A stretch of DNA of 64,000 nucleotides from Chloroflexota bacterium. Lineage in GTDB: Bacteria > Chloroflexota > Anaerolineae > Anaerolineales > Anaerolineaceae. Shown piece by piece: positions 9,999 to 19,024 of the stretch (position 1 is the first letter of the stretch; every line of letters begins with the position of its first letter). A model generated the notes under the pieces. The model was not told the origin of the DNA, searched no databases, and saw nothing but the letters and a program-made list of their open reading frames with translations. The stretch lies in contig JAEYTI010000365.1 of assembly GCA_023434145.1 (NCBI GenBank), positions 1,001 through 65,000 on the forward strand, given 5' to 3'. The position numbers and the translations under genes were made by a program.

Positions 9999-11372
9999 AT
10001 GGCAACCTGGGTTGAGGATATAGAACAAGCATTAAAAAACCTAGGGGGGCAGGCAACACTAAGCCAAATATATGAGGAGGTCAAACGTATCAGGAAAGAT
10101 CCTTTGCCTGCCACATGGAAAGCGAGTATACGAGAAAGGATAGAGGCACATTCATCAGATTCTCAGAACTTTAAGGGGAAAGATATTTTTAGGAAAGTAG
10201 ATAAAGGAATCTGGGCGCTAAAAGATCGAAATTCAGGCCATGTTGGTTCTGAAGAAAAAGTCAATACACTTTCGAGTACCTCTATTGCTGAAGTTGTTCT
10301 TCCACAAACACAAGAAGATACTAATAAAAAAGTTCCATTAGTAACTCCTAAACTATGGGGAGAAGTCAAGGACAGTAAGAGACAAGAGTTTGTAATTGAT
10401 AATGGCCTTTTTCCCTCCGAAAGTCTTAATTTCCCCTTTTCGGAATCATTCGATACTGTAGCAAACCTATCTAGAACGATTAAAGAATATCGTGACTATG
10501 TTCACCCTGATGCCAATTCATGGGAAGAATATATTCTAGAATTCTTCCATATCCTCGGTTTCAATACGACAAAAGTAGCACCTCGCCTTATCACAGTTGA
10601 TATTCTTGGTGAAAATAGCAGCCCTAAAGCTTTGGTAGGAATCGTTCATCAGGATGAAAGCCTCGACGAAATTATTCCCGGAATAGATTGGGCTTCTTTC
10701 CTATTTTTTGCTTCTAAGCATTTTCAGACCGAATATGGGATTCTAACGAATGGATGCGAACTTAGAATCTACAACTTGTCTCATAACCAGTTTAAAGAAA
10801 ACTCATTTTGGTGTAATCTGGATGGATTAATCAAGCACGAGAGAACAGATAGCTTTTTCACTGTTCATAAGGTTTTTGAGTATATAAAAGGTCGAAGATT
10901 TAAAACCGTTGAGACTGAGGAGACATTGTCTGATAGTAATGCGCTCCGTCGTGTGTTTTGGACCCAATTGTTAGAAAAAGCAAAAAGTCGAACTTCACTT
11001 CATCAGAACCGAACACCGGGAACAGATAATTGGATCAGCACCGGGGCAGGAAAAGCAGGCATCGTTTATAGTTATGTTGTTCGCATGGAAGATGCTCAGG
11101 TGGATCTTTATATTGATAGAGCGGACTATAAATGGAATAAGGGTGTATTTGGGTACTTCCTACAGAACAAAGAAGAGATTGAAGAAATCTTCGGTGAGAG
11201 ATTAGAATGGCAAATGCTTGAAGACAAAAGGGCTGCCAGAGTTCGGTTTGTGATTAATGGATTAGGCCTGAAGAATCAATTGTTGTGGCCTGAACTCCAA
11301 GAGAGATTAATAAATGCAATGGTTGATTTGGAAAAAGCATTCAACCCATTTATTCGAAAACTGAAAATATAA
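9999..11372 (+). CDS. PglX-N-terminal-domain paralogue 3 with an extra N-terminal winged-helix (Mrr_N/HARE-like) and a DUF4268-like C-terminus (457 aa)
   Basis: AAGGAG RBS. N-terminus ATWVEDIEQALKNLGGQATLSQIYEEV..GIWALKD. Central blocks TIKEYRDY, ILGFNTTK, YGILTNG, DSFFTVHKVF. The C-terminus is clearly paralogous to that of paralogue 1 (FWTQL..STGAGKAGIVYSY..LYIDRA..WQMLED). Confidence 0.8.
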   Translation: MATWVEDIEQALKNLGGQATLSQIYEEVKRIRKDPLPATWKASIRERIEAHSSDSQNFKGKDIFRKVDKGIWALKDRNSGHVGSEEKVNTLSSTSIAEVVLPQTQEDTNKKVPLVTPKLWGEVKDSKRQEFVIDNGLFPSESLNFPFSESFDTVANLSRTIKEYRDYVHPDANSWEEYILEFFHILGFNTTKVAPRLITVDILGENSSPKALVGIVHQDESLDEIIPGIDWASFLFFASKHFQTEYGILTNGCELRIYNLSHNQFKENSFWCNLDGLIKHERTDSFFTVHKVFEYIKGRRFKTVETEETLSDSNALRRVFWTQLLEKAKSRTSLHQNRTPGTDNWISTGAGKAGIVYSYVVRMEDAQVDLYIDRADYKWNKGVFGYFLQNKEEIEEIFGERLEWQMLEDKRAARVRFVINGLGLKNQLLWPELQERLINAMVDLEKAFNPFIRKLKI

Positions 11373-11462
11373 AATCACAACACAAATAGACAAACTTTAT
11401 CCAAGTAACAATTGAATAAGATCCTAACCAGATGATTATGCTTTCTCTAATAGGAGCAATAT

Positions 11463-12377
11463 ATGAGCAACCAAGAGTTTATCATCGATAATGGGCTTTT
11501 TCCATCGAAAGCGCTCAATTTTACTCTTTCCGAATCATATGAAACAATTGCTAATACCCTAAAAACGCTGAAAGAGTATCGGGGTTTCTCACAACCAGGT
11601 GAATCCTCATGGGATGAGTACATTGAAGAGATATTTCACGTGCTTGGTTTTGGTACTAAGAAACTTGATTCAAGGTTATTGGCTCTAAATGTAATCGGAG
11701 AGCTTGATTCAAAAAAAGCACTAATGGGCATAGTACACCCAGGTGAAAATATGACATTAATTATTCCAGACCTTGAGTGGGATACTTTACTTTTTTATGC
11801 CGCAAATTATTGGAAAGTGTATTGGGGAATCTTGACAAATGGCTTGGAAATAAAAATTGGAGATTTTGCTACGCAGGAAAGGCATAGAAAGTATTATTGG
11901 TGTAACTTGGAAGCGATCATTGAAGAAGAACGAGTAGACAGCTTTTTCAACCTATATAAAGTATTCGCTGTAATAAAAGGCCAAAAAGAAGAACCAAAAA
12001 TAATCACGAAACCACTTTCAAGGGGCACTTCCACAATCAAACCTCAAAGAACAAATGGAAATAGTATTTTGTTAGTAATTACCCAGGGTGCACTTACGCA
12101 TAGTTACATGAATGTGGCATCCAATTTAAGTTTCTTTCCAACTGATTCTATTGGTGCTTCAAGTGCAAAATATGGATTAGGTAAAATGTTAAAGCTTCAT
12201 GTGGATGGGCTTTCTTTACCAATTGAAACAGACATCGCAGGAGATAAAAAATTCTTCCGTGAAAGAGGATGGTGCGCAGACTTTTATCGCGTACATGCTT
12301 TGCAGCCAGGAGATGAGGTTTTGATAGAACGACTATCCGAGTACGAATATCGAGTTTCTCCAGGGAAGAAAGCATGA
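11463..12377 (+). CDS. PglX-N-terminal-domain paralogue 4 with a beta-rich C-terminal domain resembling a B3/EcoRII-N-type DNA-binding pseudobarrel (304 aa)
   Basis: AGGAG RBS. N-domain blocks TLKEYRGF, VLGFGTKK, WGILTNG, DSFFNLYKVF. The C-terminus ..RERGWCADFYRVHALQPGDEVLIERLSEYEYRV is assigned by pattern only. Confidence 0.7.
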   Translation: MSNQEFIIDNGLFPSKALNFTLSESYETIANTLKTLKEYRGFSQPGESSWDEYIEEIFHVLGFGTKKLDSRLLALNVIGELDSKKALMGIVHPGENMTLIIPDLEWDTLLFYAANYWKVYWGILTNGLEIKIGDFATQERHRKYYWCNLEAIIEEERVDSFFNLYKVFAVIKGQKEEPKIITKPLSRGTSTIKPQRTNGNSILLVITQGALTHSYMNVASNLSFFPTDSIGASSAKYGLGKMLKLHVDGLSLPIETDIAGDKKFFRERGWCADFYRVHALQPGDEVLIERLSEYEYRVSPGKKA

Positions 12378-12400
12378 GCTGCTCACCCTTATAAAAGATT

Positions 12401-12430
12401 ATAGGCCTTGGACAAACCAAGGCCTATTTT
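12401..12430. terminator. Bidirectional intrinsic terminator between convergent genes
   Basis: Perfect 11-bp stem ATAGGCCTTGG / CCAAGGCCTAT with a 5-nt loop. TTTT follows on the + strand and CTTTT on the - strand. It lies between the stops at 12377 (+) and 12433 (-). Confidence 0.75.
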
Positions 12431-12432
12431 AA

Positions 12433-15400
12433 TTAGATTCCTAACCCCATCTGTCCTTCTGGTAGCACCTCCTTTCTCATTGTTTTCCGTACAACTACTG
12501 TCTTTTTTGTCACCCAGTCATTCCAAGTCAGTGCTTTCGGATCAGGCATGATTGTCGCGCTCGGCATCGTCAGACTGCCCATGGGATTGTGACTCATGTG
12601 TAGATCATCGGCAAACATGGCTTGTAAATCCGGCAATTCCGCTTCTTTCAGCACTTCGCGTGCCAATTCGGTCAACAAATCCCCATCTTCTTCGGGTACG
12701 ATTGCGCCGCCAACTTCATCGCCGTACAATGTCTGCGCCGCTCGCATCTTCCGACCCATCAAGGCCAGCGCTCGGGCTTCCATCGTGCCTTCATAAACGG
12801 AGAATAGCGCCTTGACCGGCTTGGTCTGCCCTAGCCGCCATACCCTTCGGACAGCCTGCCATAAACAGTAGAGCGAGTACTCCGTCTCGAAGAAGATCAC
12901 CGTGGAGAATTGGACGAGATCGAGCCCGGTTTCGACGAGCTTGGGGTTGCAGACCAGCACGTCGGTGTGCGCTACGCGATTGGCGATCCATTCCTCACGC
13001 CGGCGAGGATCAACTCCGCTGCTGAGCACAGCCGTCCGAAGCCCTGCTTCTTTGAGCGGCTCGACCACCCGGTCTTGTATATCTCTTGTCCCAGTCTGGC
13101 GCACGTAGACCAAAACCTTGCGCCCCTGCCACTTTTCATTACGGCAGAAGTCGGCCAGCCAGCCTTCTTTGGGCAGCCATTTCGGGTTGCTGTTGACCAC
13201 CGGCGGAAGCACCATCAGCGGCACTTTGCGCACGACCTTGCCTTTCTCGTCTTTGGCCTCGTCGATCATGACCGTTTCCTCGCGGAAGGCGGAGTTGGGG
13301 CGGGCCAGCGACCATTGCAGCCAAGTGGACAGGTAGCGGTTGGATTGCAGCGCCATGGATTTGAGCGTGCTTTCCATCTGTTGGTATTGGCTGGACTGTT
13401 CCTCCAGCATCTCGAGCGTTGTCACCTCCTCATTGTAGGCCGGCAGCGCCAGTCCCAGGTCTTTGAGACTCAAGAATATGGTCGTATCCAGCAGCCGGTT
13501 GATGATTGCTGGGCTAATGCCGGGCTGCTCTTTGGCATTGTTGCGATAGCGCCGGTTGCCGGTGAACACGCCATCTTCGTCTGCGTCATCCCGCCGGCGC
13601 TTGCGTTTCGTTTCCAGCACGCCGTATAACCTGGCCCAGCGCAGTTCTTCGTTGAAGGCGAAGTCCCGGCGCACTCCGGCATTCAGCCGGTGCAGCAACC
13701 AGAAAATCGAAGTAGACTTTCCGCCGAAGAACGTGCCGGTGAGTGTCAGTGTGCTTTTGCAGGCGGTTACGAGCTGGTGGAAGGCGATACCTCGGTCCGA
13801 GGACTTCCCTTTAAACTGGTGGAGCTCATCGGATACGAGAATGTGAAATCGCCCCGACGCTTTCTTGGCGATGTACTCTGCAATCGCCTCCCGCCGGACG
13901 GTGGTGAAGTCAAATAGCGGTGTCTTGCAAAGCCTGGTCCCCCAGATCGGGTTGCCGTCACCGTCCAGCTTGCGCGTGCCATCCGGGTTGAGCTGCCAGC
14001 CGGGAACCATCGCGCGACAGAAGTGTCGCTTTTTCGCCAGCTGCTCCAGATCGGTCACCGGCACGATCACACCATTTTCCTCCGTCTCGATCAACGTTCC
14101 GCATGTCGGGCAGGCGTACGCCCAGATGCGGTGGCCGGTCAGCGGATCAACCGTGCGTTTTTGCATCGCGGCTGGCTTCCAGCCCGCGCCGAACTTGGCG
14201 GCGGTATTCGCCACCACCGCGACCGCTTTCTTGCCGCTTCGCCCGGCGTCGTAGTCCTCCAGGAAGGCGCGGACATCGTTGATATCCCCTGGATCTTCGG
14301 CATTCCGGCCAATCCGCCGGATTTCACGCGCATGCACGCCTGGGATCACCTCTTCCACCTCGCGGATCCACTTGGGAACCAGGTGCGGCGGGCAGATGAT
14401 CAGGGCGGGATAGGCGTTGAGCAGGTCGATCACGGCAGACGCCACCGTGGTTTTCCCGGACCCCATTTCCGCTTGGCAGTTGGCCACGCCGTGCTTGCGA
14501 ATACAGCGCGCCAGCGCCGCGGCGGCATGGCGTTGGGTGGGGAGCAGTCCGGGGCGATCTTGTCCGGGGAGGGGCTTGCGTTCTTGTCCCAGGCGGTCAA
14601 GCACCTGGACCTCTTGTGGGGTGGGGTCAAAGTTGTAGAGCGGGCGGTACGTTTTCATCACATGGGCGGCGATCTTCTCACCGTAGGCTTTCATGAACGG
14701 CACCAGCCCCTGGATATCCTGGATCACCTCGATCTTGTCCTGCTTCAGCACCGCCACGGTTGTCACAAAGCGGTCGCGGTAGGTCTCAGTGACCTCCTCG
14801 CCCTTACCCTCTTCACCAACCTTCTCCACCTTTTTGACCACCCGGCCTTTGATCAGCATCGGCCGGCCCTCTTCGTCGGTCAGCCGGACGGTTCCCATCA
14901 TGCCAGAAGCCATGAGCATCGCCACGTGGCCTTTCTTCAGCGGCATGACCGGTTGGGTCAGCTCCGCTCGGTTGTGATCGGGCTGGATCAGGTCCAGCCA
15001 TTCCTTGGTGCGCTGGAAGCCATGTTCGAGGGTTGCTTCGACCACGTCTTCAGCTTCCCAGTCGGTGCGCTTGAAGATCACCGGCCGGCCATCGAGGCCG
15101 CGCTCGGGTGCGGGTAGCAGATGATAAACAGGTTCGCTCAGCGGTGCGATTGGATCCAGCTCCATCTTGGCCCAGGCTTGCACTGCTTCGATCTCAGCCT
15201 CGGTTGGAATGGTGTAGCTCTTGCGCCGGTAGCCCAGCACCACCACCTGCTTGAACTTCTCAAACAGGCCATCCGGGAAGCGCCCCACGGTCAGGCATTC
15301 GTACTGCCCAGCCAAGATGCGCGCCACCTGCACAAGACCTAGGATGTGCTGTGGGACGATATAAATTAACAGCCCCCCGCGAACCAGTTTAGATGTGGTT

Positions 15401-15750
15401 GAGCTGAGAAACTCTAGCTCGACGCGCTTGTGGTCATCTGAGGACTCATAGGGTGGATTAAGGAACAGAAGTGAGATGGATTCGTTGGAAAGAAAGCAGG
15501 CTTGCCAGGGAGCCTGAAAGACGCGGTCCATCTTCTGGCCGGCTGTGGCTGCACGAGCGGGAGATAGTTCCACGCCCCAGGTTGCGCAGTTCATCGCGCG
15601 GCCCAGTTTGGCTGCGGCAATGCCTTCCCCGGCGCAGGGATCGAACAGGCGGGCTTTCTCAGAGGCGGGTGCGATATAGGTGGTGAGGATGTCGATAACG
15701 GGTTCGTCGGTTGGGTAGTAACCCAGTTTTTCTACGGCTGGCGGTCTCAT
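12433..15750 (-). CDS. Fusion of an N6-adenine DNA methyltransferase and an SNF2/DExH helicase (DarB-like, 1105 aa)
   Basis: Start moved to MRPPAVEK (AAGGAGAG RBS). MTase motifs are LFDPCAGEGI and LLFLNPPYES. Helicase motifs are AEMGSGKTTVA, VSDELHQFKG and QAVRRVWRLGQTKPV. A Cys4 cluster (CPTCG..C) lies between the lobes. Confidence 0.85.
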   Translation of the reverse strand: MRPPAVEKLGYYPTDEPVIDILTTYIAPASEKARLFDPCAGEGIAAAKLGRAMNCATWGVELSPARAATAGQKMDRVFQAPWQACFLSNESISLLFLNPPYESSDDHKRVELEFLSSTTSKLVRGGLLIYIVPQHILGLVQVARILAGQYECLTVGRFPDGLFEKFKQVVVLGYRRKSYTIPTEAEIEAVQAWAKMELDPIAPLSEPVYHLLPAPERGLDGRPVIFKRTDWEAEDVVEATLEHGFQRTKEWLDLIQPDHNRAELTQPVMPLKKGHVAMLMASGMMGTVRLTDEEGRPMLIKGRVVKKVEKVGEEGKGEEVTETYRDRFVTTVAVLKQDKIEVIQDIQGLVPFMKAYGEKIAAHVMKTYRPLYNFDPTPQEVQVLDRLGQERKPLPGQDRPGLLPTQRHAAAALARCIRKHGVANCQAEMGSGKTTVASAVIDLLNAYPALIICPPHLVPKWIREVEEVIPGVHAREIRRIGRNAEDPGDINDVRAFLEDYDAGRSGKKAVAVVANTAAKFGAGWKPAAMQKRTVDPLTGHRIWAYACPTCGTLIETEENGVIVPVTDLEQLAKKRHFCRAMVPGWQLNPDGTRKLDGDGNPIWGTRLCKTPLFDFTTVRREAIAEYIAKKASGRFHILVSDELHQFKGKSSDRGIAFHQLVTACKSTLTLTGTFFGGKSTSIFWLLHRLNAGVRRDFAFNEELRWARLYGVLETKRKRRRDDADEDGVFTGNRRYRNNAKEQPGISPAIINRLLDTTIFLSLKDLGLALPAYNEEVTTLEMLEEQSSQYQQMESTLKSMALQSNRYLSTWLQWSLARPNSAFREETVMIDEAKDEKGKVVRKVPLMVLPPVVNSNPKWLPKEGWLADFCRNEKWQGRKVLVYVRQTGTRDIQDRVVEPLKEAGLRTAVLSSGVDPRRREEWIANRVAHTDVLVCNPKLVETGLDLVQFSTVIFFETEYSLYCLWQAVRRVWRLGQTKPVKALFSVYEGTMEARALALMGRKMRAAQTLYGDEVGGAIVPEEDGDLLTELAREVLKEAELPDLQAMFADDLHMSHNPMGSLTMPSATIMPDPKALTWNDWVTKKTVVVRKTMRKEVLPEGQMGLGI

Positions 15751-15865
15751 AGGTCTCTCCTTGTGAAAAGGTGATGCCCGATGAGACGCGCAGCACCCCA
15801 ACGGGGACGCGCCCCATCGGGGGAATAGTGAGTTGTGTCATTGGTGAATTACAGGGGGGGTGTGT

Positions 15866-16942
15866 TTAGAGCACGATCTCGTGTTCGGTCAGCAACTGCT
15901 CGATCAAGCCTTTCCAGTCGGCCGGCCCGCTGAGCGCGATCCGGCAGCCCAAGATGCAATCGCCGCCAACAGTGAGCTTCTCCAGGTACTTGTGTTTCAC
16001 GGCTGCTTGCCATAACACGGCCGCCCATTCATCCAGAATGGGGATTTCCACGGCTTCCTTCAGCCGCTTGATCACCGCCTTTTTTGCAGCCGCCTGTGGA
16101 TCCAGCTCGCCACGAAAGACCAGCACATAGGCGTATAGATCCTCCGGTTCCCATTTGCCAGGAATGGCCTGGCGGGCGACAAAGGCAGCGTGATGGCTGG
16201 TGTATTCCGGCATCGGGTGCAGCAGGTGTTTGTACCGGTCGAGCGGCAGCAGCATCTGATAGGTGTGCTGGTCGGGGAACTGCATATTGAGCGGCTTATG
16301 GGTGATCAGGGTGGCGCGCAGCGATTCCAGGCTAGTCTTGTAGCCGGTGACCCCAGCGTAGACCAGGTAGTTGTCGCGGTCAAAGGCGTAGCCGGACAGG
16401 TGACCGAGGGTATGCGCGTTGGCCAGGGTCGGAACCGCGCCCGGATATAGGCGGTCCACCGGCGCTTTGCTATCCTGATAGGTGATCTTCCAAACAATTA
16501 CGCCGGTGTTCTTGCGGCTCAGTTCCTCGTTTAGTTCGGTCAGGATCTGGTTGCCGGCATTCCACACCGATACGCCGGTGAAGGTGATCAGCGTATCGCC
16601 CACCTGGACCTCTGCGGTGCGGGTGGCCAGGTTGAGGACAACTTCACCAAGCGCAAGCGGCTTTTGGTTGCGCAGCACCGCCGGCAGCGCCTGGTTTCCT
16701 TTCGGAAAGAAACTGTACATCCCCAGATCGCTTTCGTAATCCAGGAATCCGCTGTTGCCAACGATGTACGAGTGGGGGTGAAGGTTAGCCGCGTAGCGCA
16801 GGTCGGACAGGTCTTCGCGGGTGGGCAGACCGGTCCCGTCTTTGTAGGCAGCCACCAGGATTTTGCCTTTCTTCTGGGCCTGAATGACTTTGCTGACGCG
16901 CTCGCGCAGGTACTGGTCTGTGTAGGGTTGTTTGGTGCTCAA
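15866..16942 (-). CDS. Hypothetical protein (358 aa)
   Basis: Long ORF co-directional with the island. TTG start with AAGGAGG 5 nt upstream. I recognise no motif. Confidence 0.6.
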   Translation of the reverse strand: MSTKQPYTDQYLRERVSKVIQAQKKGKILVAAYKDGTGLPTREDLSDLRYAANLHPHSYIVGNSGFLDYESDLGMYSFFPKGNQALPAVLRNQKPLALGEVVLNLATRTAEVQVGDTLITFTGVSVWNAGNQILTELNEELSRKNTGVIVWKITYQDSKAPVDRLYPGAVPTLANAHTLGHLSGYAFDRDNYLVYAGVTGYKTSLESLRATLITHKPLNMQFPDQHTYQMLLPLDRYKHLLHPMPEYTSHHAAFVARQAIPGKWEPEDLYAYVLVFRGELDPQAAAKKAVIKRLKEAVEIPILDEWAAVLWQAAVKHKYLEKLTVGGDCILGCRIALSGPADWKGLIEQLLTEHEIVL

Positions 16943-16963
16943 GTGATCCTCCTTGTAGTTTCT

Positions 16964-16990
16964 TACAAACGATTGGGTTTCGATGACGAT
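16964..16990 (-). promoter_or_regulatory. Conserved island motif, copy 1 (ATCGTCATCGAAACCCAATCGTTTGTA on the - strand)
   Basis: Lies 21 nt upstream of the start codon at 16942. It is 26/27 identical to copy 2. An AACGTT-containing extension upstream is also conserved. Confidence 0.55.
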
Positions 16991-17197
16991 AGCGAACGTT
17001 CGTGAGCCTACCGCTCAGGGCAGGGCAGCACACGCAAAGGTCTCTTCGGTGGTCTTTGCGTCTGCCGTCCTACCTTGGAAGGAATTTCGGATGACCGGGC
17101 TGGTATATAATTGGAGACGATCCGGGTAAGGAAAAGACCAATAATCATCAACCAGATATTGATCTCTAGCCGCGTTACCGACATCGGAGGTGGGTGA

Positions 17198-17812
17198 TTG
17201 AACCGTGAACTGATCCTGTTCGACTTTGAATACACTGCCTGGGAAGGCTCCAAAGCGAGAAAATGGTCGGAACCCTGGGAGCATCGTGAGATTATCCAGG
17301 TTGCAGCAGTGCGCATTGCCGTAAACGGATCTGCGACAGAACGGGAAAGTTTCGAATGTCTGGTCAAGCCGAAAAAGAACCCAGATCTTTCATCCTATAT
17401 CATTCAACTCACGGGGATTCAGCAGGGAGAGATGGATTTGCGCGGTCTATACTTTCCCCAGGCTTTTGCTTCGTTCTTCGCGTTTTGTCATCAGGGAAAG
17501 ATTCCGCTATTTTGCTTTGGGGATGATCCATCTGTCTTGCTGGAAAATTTTGCATTGAATGCGATGGAATGCCCTGCATTTCCTGCCGGCGTGCATGATA
17601 TCCGTTTGGTTTTTGAGCAGGCCGGTATTGATACCCGCCCATATACGAGCGGAACAATTCATCGGGTACTTGGCATCGACTTTCCGCATGCAGCCCATAA
17701 TGCGTTGAACGATGTACGCAGTCTGGCAGTGACAATCCAGCACTTGTTGCAACTGGGAAAGATAGACTTATCTGGCGAGGCCGCGCACAAGGCAAGATTT
17801 CTAACCCTATAG
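17198..17812 (+). CDS. DEDDh (DnaQ-like) 3'-5' exonuclease
   Basis: 204 aa. ExoI LILFDFEYTAW and ExoIII HNALNDVRSLA. TTG start preceded by GGAGGTGGG. This is the only + strand gene in the 12.4-24.7 kb block. Confidence 0.7.
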   Translation: MNRELILFDFEYTAWEGSKARKWSEPWEHREIIQVAAVRIAVNGSATERESFECLVKPKKNPDLSSYIIQLTGIQQGEMDLRGLYFPQAFASFFAFCHQGKIPLFCFGDDPSVLLENFALNAMECPAFPAGVHDIRLVFEQAGIDTRPYTSGTIHRVLGIDFPHAAHNALNDVRSLAVTIQHLLQLGKIDLSGEAAHKARFLTL

Positions 17813-17857
17813 GCCGTTCCGTATTTCTTCTTCAGGATTTCTGTCAACACCGCAGTG

Positions 17858-17892
17858 CTGGGCTGGAAAGAGGTGATCTCTCTCCAGCCCAG
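17858..17892. terminator. Stem-loop between convergent genes (exonuclease and dnaN); probable terminator without a clear U-tract
   Basis: 10-bp perfect stem CTGGGCTGGA / TCCAGCCCAG with a 15-nt loop. Confidence 0.35.
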
Positions 17893-17905
17893 TCCTTCTA
17901 CCAGG

Positions 17906-19021
17906 CTATCCCACATGCACCGGCATGAGGATATATTGGTAACTACTGTTACCCGACGGGCTCATGGTCATCGGGGTCTTGTGGCCGTTGCCTTGCAGGA
18001 CGATTTCCGGTGACTTCACCACGCTGAGGAACTCGCGCAGGAAGCGGACGTTGAAGGCAATTTCCAGTGCATCGCCCTCGATCCACGCCGGTAAGTGGGA
18101 TTCGCTCAATCCGGTCTCCTCCGCGGAGGCCGACACGCGCAGCTCCTCGCCTTCGGCTTTCAGCTTCACCACGTTTTGCCCGTCGCGAGCGATGATCTCG
18201 GCCTGCTTGCAGGCTTTGAGCAGCCCGTCGGTGCTGACCGTGACCCTCGTCTTGTGCGACTTGGGCAGGATCATCTTGTAGTCGGGGAAGTTGCCGTCCA
18301 CCAGCTGCGAGATGACCTGCAGCCGGCCGTGCTGGAAGATAATCTGGCTGCCACTCTTGGGCAGCACCAGATCGACCGGTTCGTTTTCCATTCCGATCAG
18401 CCGCACCAGTTCCTTCAGGGCGCTGGCCGGAATGACCAGCTTGCGCGGCTTGTCGACGAGCGACTGCGAGAACTCGTGCTGGCGCAGCGCCAGGCGGAAG
18501 CCGTCCGTGGCCGCCAGGGTCAGGCGCTTGCCGTCCATTTCGACCAGCACGCCATTCAAGACCGGCCGTGAGGTGTCATTGGAAGCGGCGAAGGTCACTT
18601 GGTGCAGCATTTCGCGGAAGGCGGCGGCATCCAGCGCCGAGCCATCTTGGTTAATACGGCTCGGCATTACGGGGTAGTCAGACGCGTCCATCCCTTTGAG
18701 CTTCGCCTTGACCGGGCCACAGCGGAGATCCGCGTCTGGCGTGCCGTTCAGGTGCAGCGAGACTTCCGCGTCACTCAAGGTGTTGACCAGATCGGAGAGG
18801 ATTCGGGCGGGTAAGGTGGTTGCGGCAACCGCATCCGTCTTTGCGTCGATCTGCAGGGTGATGCCGACTTCCAGGTTGGTGGAAGCCAGCTCCAGCTGGC
18901 CGCCCTCGGCTTTGATCAGGATGTTGCTCAAGATCGGCAGGGTGGCGCGGGTGGTGACGGTGCGGGTGACGATCCCCAGCGCCTGGGCCAGGGAAGCTTT
19001 CTCTATAGTAATAGTAGCCAT
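17906..19021 (-). CDS. dnaN: DNA polymerase III beta sliding clamp (element-encoded copy)
   Basis: 371 aa. The N-terminus ..LAQALGIVTRTVTTRATLPILSNILIKAEGGQLELASTNLEVGI.. and the overall three-domain length are typical of DnaN. Confidence 0.85.
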   Translation of the reverse strand: MATITIEKASLAQALGIVTRTVTTRATLPILSNILIKAEGGQLELASTNLEVGITLQIDAKTDAVAATTLPARILSDLVNTLSDAEVSLHLNGTPDADLRCGPVKAKLKGMDASDYPVMPSRINQDGSALDAAAFREMLHQVTFAASNDTSRPVLNGVLVEMDGKRLTLAATDGFRLALRQHEFSQSLVDKPRKLVIPASALKELVRLIGMENEPVDLVLPKSGSQIIFQHGRLQVISQLVDGNFPDYKMILPKSHKTRVTVSTDGLLKACKQAEIIARDGQNVVKLKAEGEELRVSASAEETGLSESHLPAWIEGDALEIAFNVRFLREFLSVVKSPEIVLQGNGHKTPMTMSPSGNSSYQYILMPVHVG

Positions 19022-19024
19022 TGG

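Noticed and set aside
12910-15117. Long + strand ORFs (for example 12910..13629 at 239 aa and 14023..15117 at 364 aa) antisense to the MTase-helicase gene
   Set aside because: These are shadow ORFs typical of GC-rich DNA. Their translations are low-complexity and Arg/Gly/His-rich, they lack an RBS, and they overlap a gene with clear catalytic motifs.
16950-17010. RNA hairpin model for the conserved island motif (ACGAACG pairing with CGUUUGU)
   Set aside because: The pairing holds in copy 1. It is broken in copy 2 without compensatory changes, so there is no covariation support.
16943-17367. Minus-strand ORFs 17008..17367 and 17015..17284
   Set aside because: They span the divergent intergenic region and overlap the exonuclease gene start. 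They have no RBS or motifs, and the region is better explained as promoter or leader DNA carrying the conserved motif.
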